A DNA stretch of 64,000 nt from the human T2T-CHM13v2.0 reference genome, Homo sapiens, in the NCBI RefSeq assembly GCF_009914755.1, contig NC_060926.1. One strand, 5' to 3'. A model generated the notes under the pieces. That model was given only the letters and a program-made list of their open reading frames with translations. It was not told the DNA's origin and did no database searches. A program made the translations under genes and the position numbers. Positions 34,827-48,410 of this stretch are shown here, one piece after another; the first letter of the stretch is position 1; every line of letters starts with the position of its first letter.

Positions 34827-35925
34827 TTTATATTTTGCATTTTTGTAAGGGAACAGTTGACAAGCACATTTTCAAGGAAGCAGTAACAGATAGGATTTAG
34901 GATAAATAATAGAAAAATTAAATGTACATTACAGAAACTTCAGTTCCTCCATAAAATTACAGTAATGTTGAGTTTTGTAAAAGATGTGAATGGTAAATTT
35001 ATGACTTCCCATTGAAATGCAACAAATGGAAAATGATTGTATTTTGTATGGTTTATATAAAACAACACGTGTTACAGCTATCTCTAAGAAATGTTGGAAT
35101 AAGTAAATGAGTGTATGCTAACTAGAGTGGTTAGGGCAGTTTTGAAGAAATATAATTTTAAAATTAATCTGTTCCAAGCCCCAGCTCCTATTCTTTATAA
35201 ATTTTCTCCCTCACCTTGGATGCTTTATGAAGAAGTTGATTTTATTGTTTTGAGTTTACATATATATCAATGTTAAGATAATTTCCCTCTTATATCTGGG
35301 AGAATTTTGTGTAATTGATATGGGTAGATTTATGAATAATATATTTAACAATAATCATTTGAAGTATTTAACAAACTGGTAAAAGATAATTTTCTTTTTA
35401 AAAAGGGCTTATTGAGTATTTTGCTTTACTTTTAAATATATCAGTGCTGGCTTCTATATAAAATGCACCATTTTCCTCTCTACCATTCAATGAAATACAG
35501 TTTAGAGTCTCTTACGGAGTAAACTGGATTAGTCATCTGCATACTAGACCTTACTTTGCTTAGAATTTTACAGTTTACAAAACATTTTTGCAAAAACAAT
35601 GCAAATATATTGTTTTTGCAATATATATTTGCAAATATTTGCATATATATATATTTTTTTTCTTAGAGATAGCTGTAACACATGTTGTTTTATATAAATC
35701 ATACAAAATACAATCATTTTCCATTTGTTGCATTTCAATGGGAATAGTCATAAATTTACCATTCACATCTTTTACAAAACTCAACGTTACTGTAATTTTA
35801 TGGAGGAACTGAAGTTTCTGTAACGTACATTTAATTTTTCTATTATTTATCCTAAATCCTATCTGTTACTGCTTCCTTGAAAATGTGCTTGTCAACTGTT
35901 CCCTTACAAAAATGCAAAATATAAA
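34827..35925. repeat. Long inverted repeat: arms 34827-35091 and 35659-35925, 567-bp spacer
   Basis: Manual alignment of arm 1 with the reverse complement of arm 2: 4 substitutions plus one 2-bp indel over ~266 bp. Confidence 0.97.
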
Positions 35926-35949
35926 TTGCAATATATATTCTTATAATCT

Positions 35950-36635
35950 CTACTATTGCCTTGGACAGTAATTGAAGCCAACATTATCGTTTTGGACCAG
36001 TGCAGTAGCCTCCTAACCTCTCTGATCTCCTTTCACCCTGACTTCCTCTTCTCTTCCACGTACCCCGCTCTCATCCCAGTTAGAATGACCCTTTAGAATG
36101 TATAAATCAGATTATGCTACATTTTGCTCAGAACCATTTAATGATTTTCGATCTCACTTAGAGTAGAATTCAGAGTGCTTGTCATGGGTGTCGACCCTGC
36201 CTGTTCCTGGCCTCATTTTTCATTCCTTTTCTCTACCTTCCTTGACTCTGGCCATATTAGCTTCAGTGCTGTGCTTTCAACTTGTAGTTTCCCTAATAGG
36301 AGTTTTTGTCCCTGTCTTCCTCTGCATGCCAATCTCTCACTGATATTCCAAGTCTGCCTGGACTCCTCTTGATTTCTGCTTGGATGCCATGTTGTCAGAG
36401 AAGCCTTCCCTCAATGACCCTGTCTCAAATAGCACCTTTCTTCTTCTGTATCTATTATGCTGTTTTGTTTTTCTTTATTAGCACTTAATACTTCCTAACA
36501 TTATGTATTTCTTTACTGTCTTCCTTCCATGAGAATCCACGCTCTGTGAGGATGGGAACTTTGTACTTTGTCCTCAGAATTCTCAGGACCTAATTTTTGC
36601 ATATAATAGTCCATGTAATTGTTTAAAAAATGAAA
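35950..36635 (+). mobile_element. L2 (L2a-like)
   Basis: tgcagtagcctcctaac, tataaatcagattatg, gtcagagaagccttccct, gctctgtgaggatgggaactttg motifs. Confidence 0.8.
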
Positions 36636-37604
36636 ATTCCAAGAACTAAGGCTGAACAGGCGTAGAAATCACATTTTCAAATAGATGACCAGGAGCAGGT
36701 TTGGGATATAGTGTGGGGAGGCAGTTTGGACTCAGCAAATGCTGGTTATTTTGAATTATTTTAGACCCTTCTGATTGCTCATGTATTGTATGACACTTTT
36801 TAAAATCTGTATTTATGGATAACATTAGGGACAAACACCTACCTGTCTCTAGTGTCTTCTCTCCCACTTGTGCTACTAGCCTACTTTTTGATTGCTCTTC
36901 TCATCAAATATGATTGGAATCATCTTTTAGGAAAATACACTTTGATTTATAACTCAGAACATAGTAAGAATACCTTTGCATAAGCCCTACTATGAAAATG
37001 TTATGATTTTATTGTGGTCTGTATTTCTAAGAAGTTACCCATAGCCGGAATTTGCTCAGTATGCTTTCTGTCTTCTTGGGTGTATTTCAGTATTACTCTT
37101 CAGTTATTCACACTTGGGAGTAAGGGCAAAAAAGTGTGCCGAATCCTTCCAGTAAGAAATTGTGGCATTTCTCAGTGCTTTCACAGATCAGCAACTCTTT
37201 CCGCTTATGACAGTATTTTGGGAAGAAATATTTCACTGAATGTTCTCTATATGTCTAAAAATGCCAATGTACATCCTCAGAATGGGTAATTTCCTTTCTA
37301 ACACAAATAGCTATTACCCAAATGTCTGGATTTCCACAAGCCTGAGGTTCTCAAATCTTCCTGATTTTGTTTATGGAGGATGATTTTGTTGGGTAACTTA
37401 AAAATCCAGGGGTTAAAGTAACTTTGTTCGTAAATACGGATAAAAAAAGTGTCGTATAATACGTGAGCAATCAGGAAATTAAGTGTACTGCATAAAAGTA
37501 TGTTTTAGTTATCAGAAATTTAATCACTAATCTTGGACAGTTTTATAAAATTTCCTCTTTTCAATGAAGTCTGTTATATTAAATATTGATCATGGATCTA
37601 GCTA

Positions 37605-37830
37605 ATAATAATGATAGTGGTAATAATTGAATGGTCAGGTGACAGAAACCATCCTAAGACTTAACAAAATGTTATCTCTTTTAATCCCCAAAACATTTTA
37701 TAAAGTGAATCCTCTTAATCCTATTTTGAGTTGAGGAAAATGAGATTTAAGCTTCTTTATGTAAATGGAGCTGGAGGAGCCAGGATTGGAATCCAGGAAC
37801 TCCTAATTCTCAAACCCAGGATCTCTACAC
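37605..37830 (-). mobile_element. MIR
   Basis: cctattttgagttgaggaaaatgaga...ggagccaggattggaatccagg. Confidence 0.7.
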
Positions 37831-39743
37831 AAGGAAACCTCCATGACTTGGCTGAGGTTCTTAATGATGATCCCATTTTCTCTGTCATAATACAGTGCTG
37901 CCTTCTGAGTCTACTAAAGCATGTAATCCTCTTTGTTTACCTCCCCATTTTAAAGTCCCAGATATCAAGTAATTCTGCTTACTTGGCTGTCTCTTCTAGT
38001 TATTTCTTAGGGCTTCAGTTTCTGGCAGGTGCCCTCAATGTGTAGACTCTGTTAGCTCCCTGTCATCTGAGGAGAGGAATCAAATAAACACCATGGTTAA
38101 ATTAGGGAGGCTAATTTTTTCTATTTAAAAATCTTTCTGGCTTGCAGGTTTCTCCACTTCTCTTGGGAAAAGTTTTATGACAGCATGTTTCCCAGAAGCC
38201 TGCATGCTGGAGCAAGAAGCAGCATTGTCATATTTAACTCTTCTAAGAGAAATTTACTTTTTTCCCACTTGTTTGTTCAGCAGAAATTCTGGAATTTATG
38301 TGGCTTTGCTAGCTAGAAAAAACTCTTCCAGTAACTAAATATGTGGTCTGATAATCTCCTAACATACAGTTTTCTTCTTATTTGACCTTTTCTTTAAGGA
38401 ATATTATTGAATGACACAATCTCTTGAGAAATTTTGCTGAAATGCTGAGATAGGATTCTATAGATAGCAATTACAGCTGTTGATATGTTTTCTAGCTTTG
38501 GGACTAATGTGAGTGAGTTACAAGGGGAGTTGAAAGCCTTGAGAGTTTACACGTGTGGTTTGATGGGATGACAAGCATTAATTAAGATTTTTAATATGGA
38601 GGTGATTTATTGAAAATAGATTCTGGATGAACTCTTTGGCCTCAGAGGTGAGGTAATAGAATAATTTCCTCTTTAAGTTACCTGTATAAGCACAGAATAG
38701 ATTATTAGTGATGGAACATCTTCATCATTCTGTGGTAGTCTGGCTGCCAGATGTGATATTTTATTATATTAGTTAGTTCTTAAGTAGGCAAGTGGCCATT
38801 TCTCAAAAGCAGAATTGTGTGGATATTTATGACTCCCTTTCCAAGCATATTCCTTTTTTCCCCGAGACATGGCATAATTGTAAAACTTTGCCTTTTGTAT
38901 AATAAAACTTGCCTACCGTTCTGTGGTTAGGGTTAGAGAAGTGGGCAGTTTGCTAACTATTTGCCTGGGGTCTGGTAGGAATTTAAGTTGAACCAGAGGA
39001 ATTCGGATATTTGGGGGTTTGCCTTCAAGAAAAATGATGCCTCTTCTCTTACCTCCACCTAAGGGAATAAATTCTAAGCCCAGGAGAGGAGGGTTATGTT
39101 AAATATGCCTGGGCCATGGCCCAGAGACCGCAAGGAGAGGATGGCATACATAATGGGGGTGGGTAAAACAGGAGTGTGTATGTGATATGGAAAAGAGAAG
39201 TGAGTAGATAGCAATGCCTCTGTGAGAACAAGAAGGAAGCCAAAGGATTACATCTGAACATTGCATGATGTATCCTTGGCAGCAGCTTTGCTCAGTGAAG
39301 ATGATAAATAAACCTAATGGTATGTTCATTCCTGTTGTAGATAAAGTTCACTTTCAGATTGGTGAAGTCTAAGAATTAAAGTCCAGAAAAACAACTTTGA
39401 ATAAGTTGCACAGAACATTATCAGTTTACCCAGTAGAGACCAAATAACTTTGATGGTTAGAAATCATTTGAAATAGGAGTAGACAGATCATTTTTTTTCC
39501 CCTGGAGCTAGAACTCATTTAAATATACTGAACATTTAAAAGTATTGTGCCATCTGGCTAGCACCCAGTCCTCCTGATTTCAGGCCAATAATCTTTCTGC
39601 TACACTACTTTAATGTGTATGTTGGGGCTGTGGGGGTCAAGGAGTCAGAGAGAGAGTAATGAAAGGAAACATAAGGTTTATATGAATTTAAAAGAAGGTG
39701 ACTAAGAACATGTGTTATTCTCTACTCTTAGATCATCATCCTT

Positions 39744-40419
<676 letters not shown>

Positions 40420-40879
40420 GATCGTCATCTTGTTCCTCTATATTCTGCTTCCTTGTGGTCTTATTGAAATTCAGAGTTTTGCAAAACATTTCTTGCCAAC
40501 TTGGATGTTATCATGTGGTCATTTAGTCTGCTGATAATTGAGAGCCATTTAATATTTTGAAGCAGTGAAATAACTTAGTCACTTTTATGTTTTAGGAAAA
40601 AAAAAGACACTGGCTGAAAGGCAGAGATTAAATTGGAATTGAGAGAGTTTGTAGAAATGAACAACATTTAGGACAAGTGCAAGTCAAGACCCTAACCAAG
40701 GCAGTGACACGAAAAATGCAGAGAGGTGGTAAATGTACCTGAAAAATAATTTCAGGTAGAGTGTGTAGATTTTGCCAGGTGGTTGTACATGGATGATAGT
40801 GTAAAGTGCAGTATTGGATGGATCTGAAATTTCTAATGTGGTTAAGGAAGTAAGTGACTTCATAAAACTAGAACTAGCC

Positions 40880-41620
40880 CTGCCATATTCCCCTCTCTCA
40901 TCACCCACCAGTAGCTCACTGCCAAGTCCTGTTGATGGTCGTTATAAAATATATAGTGAATCCTCCTTACTTACTTAACTGCCATCATGCTAGTCCAAGC
41001 TGCCATCTCCTGCCTGGACTTCTGCAATGTCCTCTTAATTGATGTCCTGGCACCTGCTATTCCCCCTTCCCATGCATTCTCCTATGACTGTGCCAGTCAT
41101 CCTATGCGTACGTCCGATCATGTTACTCTCCTACTTAGTATTCTGTCATGAGTTCTTATTGCTCTTAAGATGAAGATCAAAATCTTTACCATGGCCTACA
41201 AAGCTTTATACTTTGGGCACTGCCTGCCGCCTCAGCCTCATCTCAAACCACTTTATTATGTGTACATGGGGCTCTAGCAGTTATATTCATCCTTCTAGGT
41301 GCCCAGATCTTTTCAGACTTGCAACATCTGCACTTCTATTACCTGCTGGAGATGCTTTAACCTGTCCTCTTCATGGGGTCAACTTCTCCTCCCCCTCAGG
41401 TTTCTGATAAATTATTTTTTTCCTCAGAGATGCCATCATCCCCTGGACCAGTCTTGCCCATTTTCTTCCATACTTTACCTTCTCTATATAATTATTTTTT
41501 TAGCGAGTTAGCTCCATGCGAACAGGGATTATGTTCTATATTTTAAAAATTGCCAAGTCCTCAGTGCAGTGTCTAATACATAGCAGCTGGTTGATAAATT
41601 TATTTGGGGCAGATGAATAG
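40880..41620 (+). mobile_element. L2
   Basis: tagtccaagctgccatctcctgcctggacttctgcaat, gatcatgttactctcctactta, 3' end gtgtctaatacatagcagctgg. Confidence 0.8.
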
Positions 41621-44589
41621 TGGCTTTAACAGAACTGATATGCATTGGTCATAGGGGTCATTAAGAATATTTAGTGAGCTGTCTACTCACTAGCCATCAC
41701 GTATGTGTCTTAACAGATGACATAATGGCAAGTCGTGTTTTACTTGGCTGTTTTTGTGAGGACCAGAATAATATAGTGAAACATGGAACATTCTGATGAT
41801 CTGATAGAAAAGTAAAGTTCAGAAACTCTAGAAAACTGAAGACGTGTCTGGTAATAACATGGCTGGTAATCTTTGCCTTTTGTTATTTCCTACCAACCAC
41901 TGTATTAAATAACCAGGGCTTCATCATTACAATCAAATGCCTCCTTAAGGAAGCCCAGGGTTGTGAGGCTAGTAAGTGGTAGAGTGGATGGTATTCGAGG
42001 CCAGGTCCCACTCCAACACCTGGGCTCAGACACTTGCCTATTGAAACTAGAAATCATAAAGTGTTTTTGCAAAAATGTTTTGTAAACTGTAAAATTCTAA
42101 GCAAAGTAAGGTCTTGCATGCAGATGACTAATCCAGCTTACTCTGTAAGACACTCTAAACTCTATTTCATTGAGTGGTAGAGAGGAAAATGGTGCATTTT
42201 ATATAAAAGGCCCCATTGAATGAATTGGGTTGAGCTGTTTTGTGAAGGCTTGATTGTGATTGCATGGCTGTTATTTGGCAAGCAGAGAATTCCTAATTTC
42301 CTCTGCTGTGAGACTCCCAAGGAGACATTTATATTAGTAAAACTGAATTTGCAAACCTGCATTTTAAAATTTAGCTTTATTTGTATTCCATGTCTCTCTG
42401 GGAGGTGTTCAGTACATTATGAAATTCTGTGCTTTTACCTCCTGCTAAGGATTTGAGTTCTTAGCCTAATTAATCATTAAGTGTTGTCAGTCTATCATGA
42501 TGTGGTTAATTATCAGAGAGAGTGTATGTGTTTCAGACAGTCATGACCCTTTCCTGGGTAACTATAGAAACCTTAACAGTACTAGTTATTATCTAAAATT
42601 ATAGAATTTGGTTTTAAAGCAGTTTGGCCTTTGATAGTTATGGGCAAATAATCGGTTATCATCTAGAAAGAAAGGAAAGCCTGCATGAAACAGATTTTTT
42701 AAATAATTTATACATAATAGAAGTGTGTTCTAAATAATTTATAAATAACAGAAATGTGTTCTATAGAATATTTCTGATTATATCTTAAAAGGCTTTCCCC
42801 CACACTAGTTCTGTTTATTTGTTATGAAGCTTTCTCACAAACAATCTCTTTTTCCCCCAAGAATGTTTAGAACGATTTTAATCCAAGACTAGGGTAATTC
42901 TTAAGACTGCCATTTGGTACAGTGATCTTATAGTGCATAGAAGCTACGTATCTGAGTGGAAAAACAGACGCATTTGGGGGCATATACATATCTGTGCAGT
43001 TACAGAGACCAGTATTGACAATGTGAAGTATCATTGGTGGATTCTTGAAGCCGTAGCTCTTTAAAGATGGGAGCAAAAGAAGAACATGTCCTTTTCCTTT
43101 TTTCAATTCTGAGAAGTTCCATCTGAGCCAGAAAGAAAAAAAAAAAGATATGTCATTGCACCTTTAAATGTGAAGCTCGGCAAGGATTGCTGTCTGAATG
43201 GGGGTGACCATCAATATGGAAAATGGAAATCTGTCATATTTTGTACAATGCTTTGCATATCACATCATTCAGAGAACAGGTAAAGTCCCCTTTGGAGAAG
43301 GCAGTGCTTGAAGAGGGTTTTCCACTCTCATTGGTAGGGTGGATTTTAGTGGTATGTAATGATAATGATTTGCTTCCATGTTACAACATGTGAACAGCTT
43401 ATTTATAGATCATGAGCTGCATCCCTCTTTCCTCTTTTTGTGCATGTTTGCTTTCAAGGAGAATATAGTGACAAAAATTTTAATCTGCCTTTTAGCTCAA
43501 TGCTAGGTTCTTGGTAATTTGTTGAGCAAATTAATGACTTTCATGTACATTTACAGATAATATAAGCAAAGTATCATAATATTGGCACAAAAAAACATTA
43601 AGGTTCAACTTAATTCTGTTTTTCAAAATATATTTTAATAAAACTATACATGTAAACATCTGTACTTGATTTTAATCATTTTGTCTTTATACTGCATAAG
43701 CTTAATTCATAAAGCTAGTCTGTTTCCACAATTGACTGTATCACAGAATAAAACTAGCTTTAATGTTGATGTTTACTTTTCATATCAAAATGCAAATTAA
43801 AGATTTTGGCAATAAGGATTCAGCTGTCAACTTATTTGATGTACAAGAATGGCAATAATTGCTTTCCATTGTTGAGCTTTTACTAAAAACACTGAAGTAT
43901 AATTTGTTTTTGATAGAAATATTAGTAGCTACAGATATTAATGATTTATTGGTTTGAAAAAGATGCTTTTTAAAAGGTTTCTAACCTGTAGTAACCAAGT
44001 CCAGTAGGTATGCATAATGGACATACCTAGCCAGAACATCATACATGCTCTTTGCATCTTAATATATATATTTTTAGTATGATTTTGCTTTGTTGAAACA
44101 AAGTGCTTAACCGGCTGTTTATTTGTTGTTATTGTGGCATTATAAATTGTGCCATTTCAGATCTCTTATTATGTGCTAATAGTTTTTCCAGCTTTTATTA
44201 TCAGATTCTGCTCTTAATATTTATCTTGTTCTTTTTTACTCTACAAGTTTTCAAGCTAATAATGATGTTAGAAGTTTACTTGATGAGAAACAATGAAAAT
44301 TAAATCTCTTATTTAAAACAACAAAAGTCACAAATTCTGTGAGCTGAGAGCGTGTTAGACTCTGGAATGGAGAGTGTAATATCACTGGTTTCCTTATGCC
44401 AGAATGCTGATCAGCCTAATTATCCAAGAATCTTCTGGTTCTCTGGCATGCTACAGCTGTGACTTTCTCTTTGTCTCTGAAATAACTGTCTGCCACACTG
44501 CATATGCATGAGAGAATGTCTTTTATATCAGTAATTCACTTATGAGTTTCATTCCTTGTTAAAATGATGCTGTTTGCTTAATTTAAATA

Positions 44590-44835
44590 TTGTGTATGTG
44601 TTGTATATGTTATATAATATATACCATCACATATGTATTACATGTTATATATTCATGTCACATATATGTATTGTGTGTAATATAGACACATTACACATAA
44701 GTATTATATATGTAATATACACATTACATATATTATGTAATATATAGTATATTCATGTTATATAGTATGTATGTAATCGGTATATTATTACATATATGTA
44801 ATATATATAAAATGTATAAATAGCTATATACGTAG
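44590..44835. repeat. (TA)-rich low-complexity tract
   Basis: Direct reading. Confidence 0.85.
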
Positions 44836-45511
44836 ATACATCTGTGTATTAAGACACTCCTTGTTGTTTATCTGCTTGAGTAGAGTATGCCATCCATCCA
44901 TTTGTAGGACATTAAAAACCAGCCATATAAAAATGAAATTCAGTGCAAGTAAAGCTATTTCTTATATTTTTGTAAAAATGTATATTTTCACTATATCTTT
45001 TTCAAATAGGCAATGTATTATTTATCTCTTACAGTTTTCTTACTTTACTTGGTTAAGTATGGCTGTTTCTAATGCAGTGTTTTAATTTTTTATTTCCATA
45101 CTGTTGGTTATTAATGATAATTGGAGCCACACAAAATGCTGTTCAGTTCAAATTTCTGACAAGAAAGTGGGTTTTCTGACAAGGAGAGTGGGTCTTCCAG
45201 ATCTATTATTCTTTATCACTTTCAAAAGAGTGCTTATTCCTTGAAAATTTCTGTTCTATCTACCTGTTGTATTTTCAACAGGAATTTGAATTCAACAGGA
45301 AGTTATCTGTGCCATAAACTCTACTTTTCCTGCTAAGCTGCTTTGTCACTGGAAGAATTTCAACTGACTAGGCAACTTGATTTGTCTTTCAATGATTTCA
45401 TATCTGAGCTCTTCATGCAATGGAGACAATGCAGTTTAGAACATGGTTGTGACGTTATAGAATGATCAAACTGACCCAAATGGAGGGAACCTGGTGTAAT
45501 CATAATCAGTG

Positions 45512-45791
45512 TATATTAGTCAGGAATAGTTGTTGGTAATGCTTCTTTTTCTGACTTGTAGACAGCAGTCATCTTGCTGTGTCCTTATGTGGCCTGTTCT
45601 CTGTGTGGGTATGGAAAGAGAGAGAGATCTTTAAAGTCGGTTCTTTTCTTCTAAGGGGACCAATCTTACAGGATTTGGGCCCCACCCATATTACTTCATT
45701 TAACCTTAATTACCTCCCTCAAGGGCCTATCTCCAGATATAGATTAGGGCTTCAACACTGAATTTTGAGGAACAGAATTCAGTCCAAAACA
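45512..45791 (-). mobile_element. MLT1A-like MaLR LTR with internal deletion
   Basis: tattagtc start, gggccccacccatattacttcatttaaccttaattacctcc, ends ttcagtccaaaaca. Confidence 0.82.
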
Positions 45792-45799
45792 CAGTACAA

Positions 45800-46065
45800 A
45801 TACCTACAGAGCACTTTCTATAGATTGGTGCAAAAGTAATTGTGGTTTTTGCCATTGAAAATAATGGTAAAAAGAACATTACTTTTGCATCAGCCTAATA
45901 TGTGCCGAACACTCATTTAGGGACAACCTACTTTACAAAGGAGGAAACTGAAATCCCAAGAGGTTAAATGTCTCACTCAAAGGCACAGTAGTAAGGGACA
46001 GAGTTGAGATTCAAACCTAAGCAGCCTGGCTTCAGGGTCCATATCCTTACCTATTAGCTATTCTG
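45800..46065 (-). mobile_element. MIR hosting the MADE1 insertion
   Basis: gagcactttcta|tgtgcc...gaggaaactgaaatcccaagaggttaaatg...gagattcaaacctaagcagcctggc. Confidence 0.8.
45821..45898. mobile_element. MADE1 (Hsmar1 mariner-derived palindromic MITE)
   Basis: tagattggtgcaaaagtaattgtggtttttgccatt...aatggtaaaaagaacattacttttgcatcagcctaa flanked by TA dinucleotides. Confidence 0.95.
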
Positions 46066-47629
46066 CCTCTAAAATTGTGGAGACATATTTAGAGCTTTTC
46101 CTTGCTAAATTTACTTAGGGTATCATCTTCGATGAGATTTCTTTTGGCTTTTTGGAATACAGTATAAAAACTAGTTTCCAGCGTTTTTTTTTCTTTGTAA
46201 TTCATTCTTTACCTATTGTAACAGTTAAGAGAGCAGACTCTAGAGACTGAGTTCCTGGGTTCAGAAGTGTATTTTTCTGGAAAAAAGAGAGAATAGAATC
46301 AACGACCTAGTTGGGATGTTGTGATACTAAAATGAAAGAACACATAGAAAGGGCTTAGATGTGGGCTGTCTGCACACTTGATAAGCGAGTGATTGTTAAA
46401 GCAGGAGTAGTAAATAAAGTGTGATCTACCTACCTGCATTAGGGAAGGCTTACCTTTTGCTTTGTTGTAAATCCTACATGCCTACTCTAACTAGTGGCAA
46501 CACAGGCCTTCTTCACAGAGTTCTTATGCTCTGGCAAACCTGTCAGTTAGATCTTTACTAAATGGATTTTTTTTTCAACTTTTTTGTCCTTAAATGACTT
46601 TGAAGATGCGAGGGCTATATTTTTGTTCGTTTTTGGCTTGTAGATTATTGGATTCCTGTTAAACCAGATGATCCTTTTAAGTTGCATGCTTAAAGGACAA
46701 ACTATACCCTTCTGGTATACAAATAGTATACAGAATAGTACTTGCCCAATGTGGGGACATGGCATGTAAGCATTCATGTGGTGTGTTAAATGCCACGGAT
46801 GGAGGAACTAATTTTACTTTGGGGTATTGGAAACCAACAGTAAGAAGAGAAATCATTTGTGTTACGTACTGAAGGTTGATGTTGGGTACCAAGTTTAATG
46901 TTGTTGGAACCAAACTACCAAGGCTAACATTGCTTCTGGGGGCAATTGTTTCTGTTTAAGGCCACTTATTTACAAATGTGACTTTGGTACCTAGCCCATT
47001 TATAAGTTGATACGATTATTTTTATAACTACTTATTTGTTACCCACCTTTCCTTGACAAAGATGAGATTGCTGGTCAAGTTAACAATGAGATTTTTCATC
47101 AATGATTTAACATTTGATTTATACTGTTCTATCAGCATTCTTTCTCAAGGTCTACTTTGACAAAAGCCGTGTATTTTTACGTCTTGTGTTAAGAGTTCAG
47201 TCTATGACCATGAAAGAAATTAAAGCTATGGAGCTTCCATGAAAATCAAACTCCTAACTTTGGTCTAACAATTAAAAAATTAACTACAGTAACCATAAAA
47301 CTCTAATAATCAATAGTAGTATAGAGAATAAATTATGAAACAGATAAACTGAAAGAATATATACCCAAACTCTAAAAGTGTGATTGTTTTACTCACTGAA
47401 CATATGAAAAGAAATTATTTTTCTAAATGCTTAATCAGTTTTTAACTAATGAATTTTCATTAGTCTTTGATGGTTCCTTCTTGTAATGCTCCTTTCATCA
47501 TTGAAACTTCTCTAACCTACCTGTTTCCCTAGGAATTATATAAATGCATCTGTTCCCCGTGTAATCTGGCACCTCTCTATCTCTCTAACATACTTTTCCC
47601 CCAGCCCCTCCTTTAAACTGTAGATTTCC

Positions 47630-47990
47630 ATCAGCTGAATTATGTGCCAGCCCCTGCTCTTACCTCTGCTCTTGGCTGTCTCACCTTCGCCATTCCAAAC
47701 ATGACAGCTCTTCCCCTTTCTGGACTCAGCTTAGAAGTCAAGTCTCCGTGTCCATCCTTCCTTAATATGACACTTTAAGGTTGGATAGATACTCCTGCCA
47801 TAACCTACCAAACCCATAAAAATACTTGCTGTTCTCAGAACCCTTATGAGAGTTATGTGTATTGGTCTCTAGTCCCCTTATCTAGGCCACTGGACTGCTT
47901 TTCATCCATTATTTTATCCCAGTCACTTGGGCCCAGTGCCCGACATGCAGGAAGCACTCAAGAAATAGATATGTGTTGAATAACTTAGTA
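47630..47990 (+). mobile_element. L2 fragment
   Basis: 3' end cccagtgcccgacatgcaggaagcactcaagaaatagatatgtgttgaat. Confidence 0.65.
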
Positions 47991-48084
47991 AGTTTTATTT
48001 ATTTTTACCTTTTTCCCCCATATTGTTTTAATTATTGAACTGATAGCCAGGGTCTTCACTGGGTACCATTCAAATATCAAAATG

Positions 48085-48410
<326 letters not shown>

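Noticed and set aside
45154-45301. Short near-tandem duplications (ttctgacaag..gtggg x2; ttcaacaggaa x2)
   Set aside because: Ordinary slippage-scale duplications with no further structure
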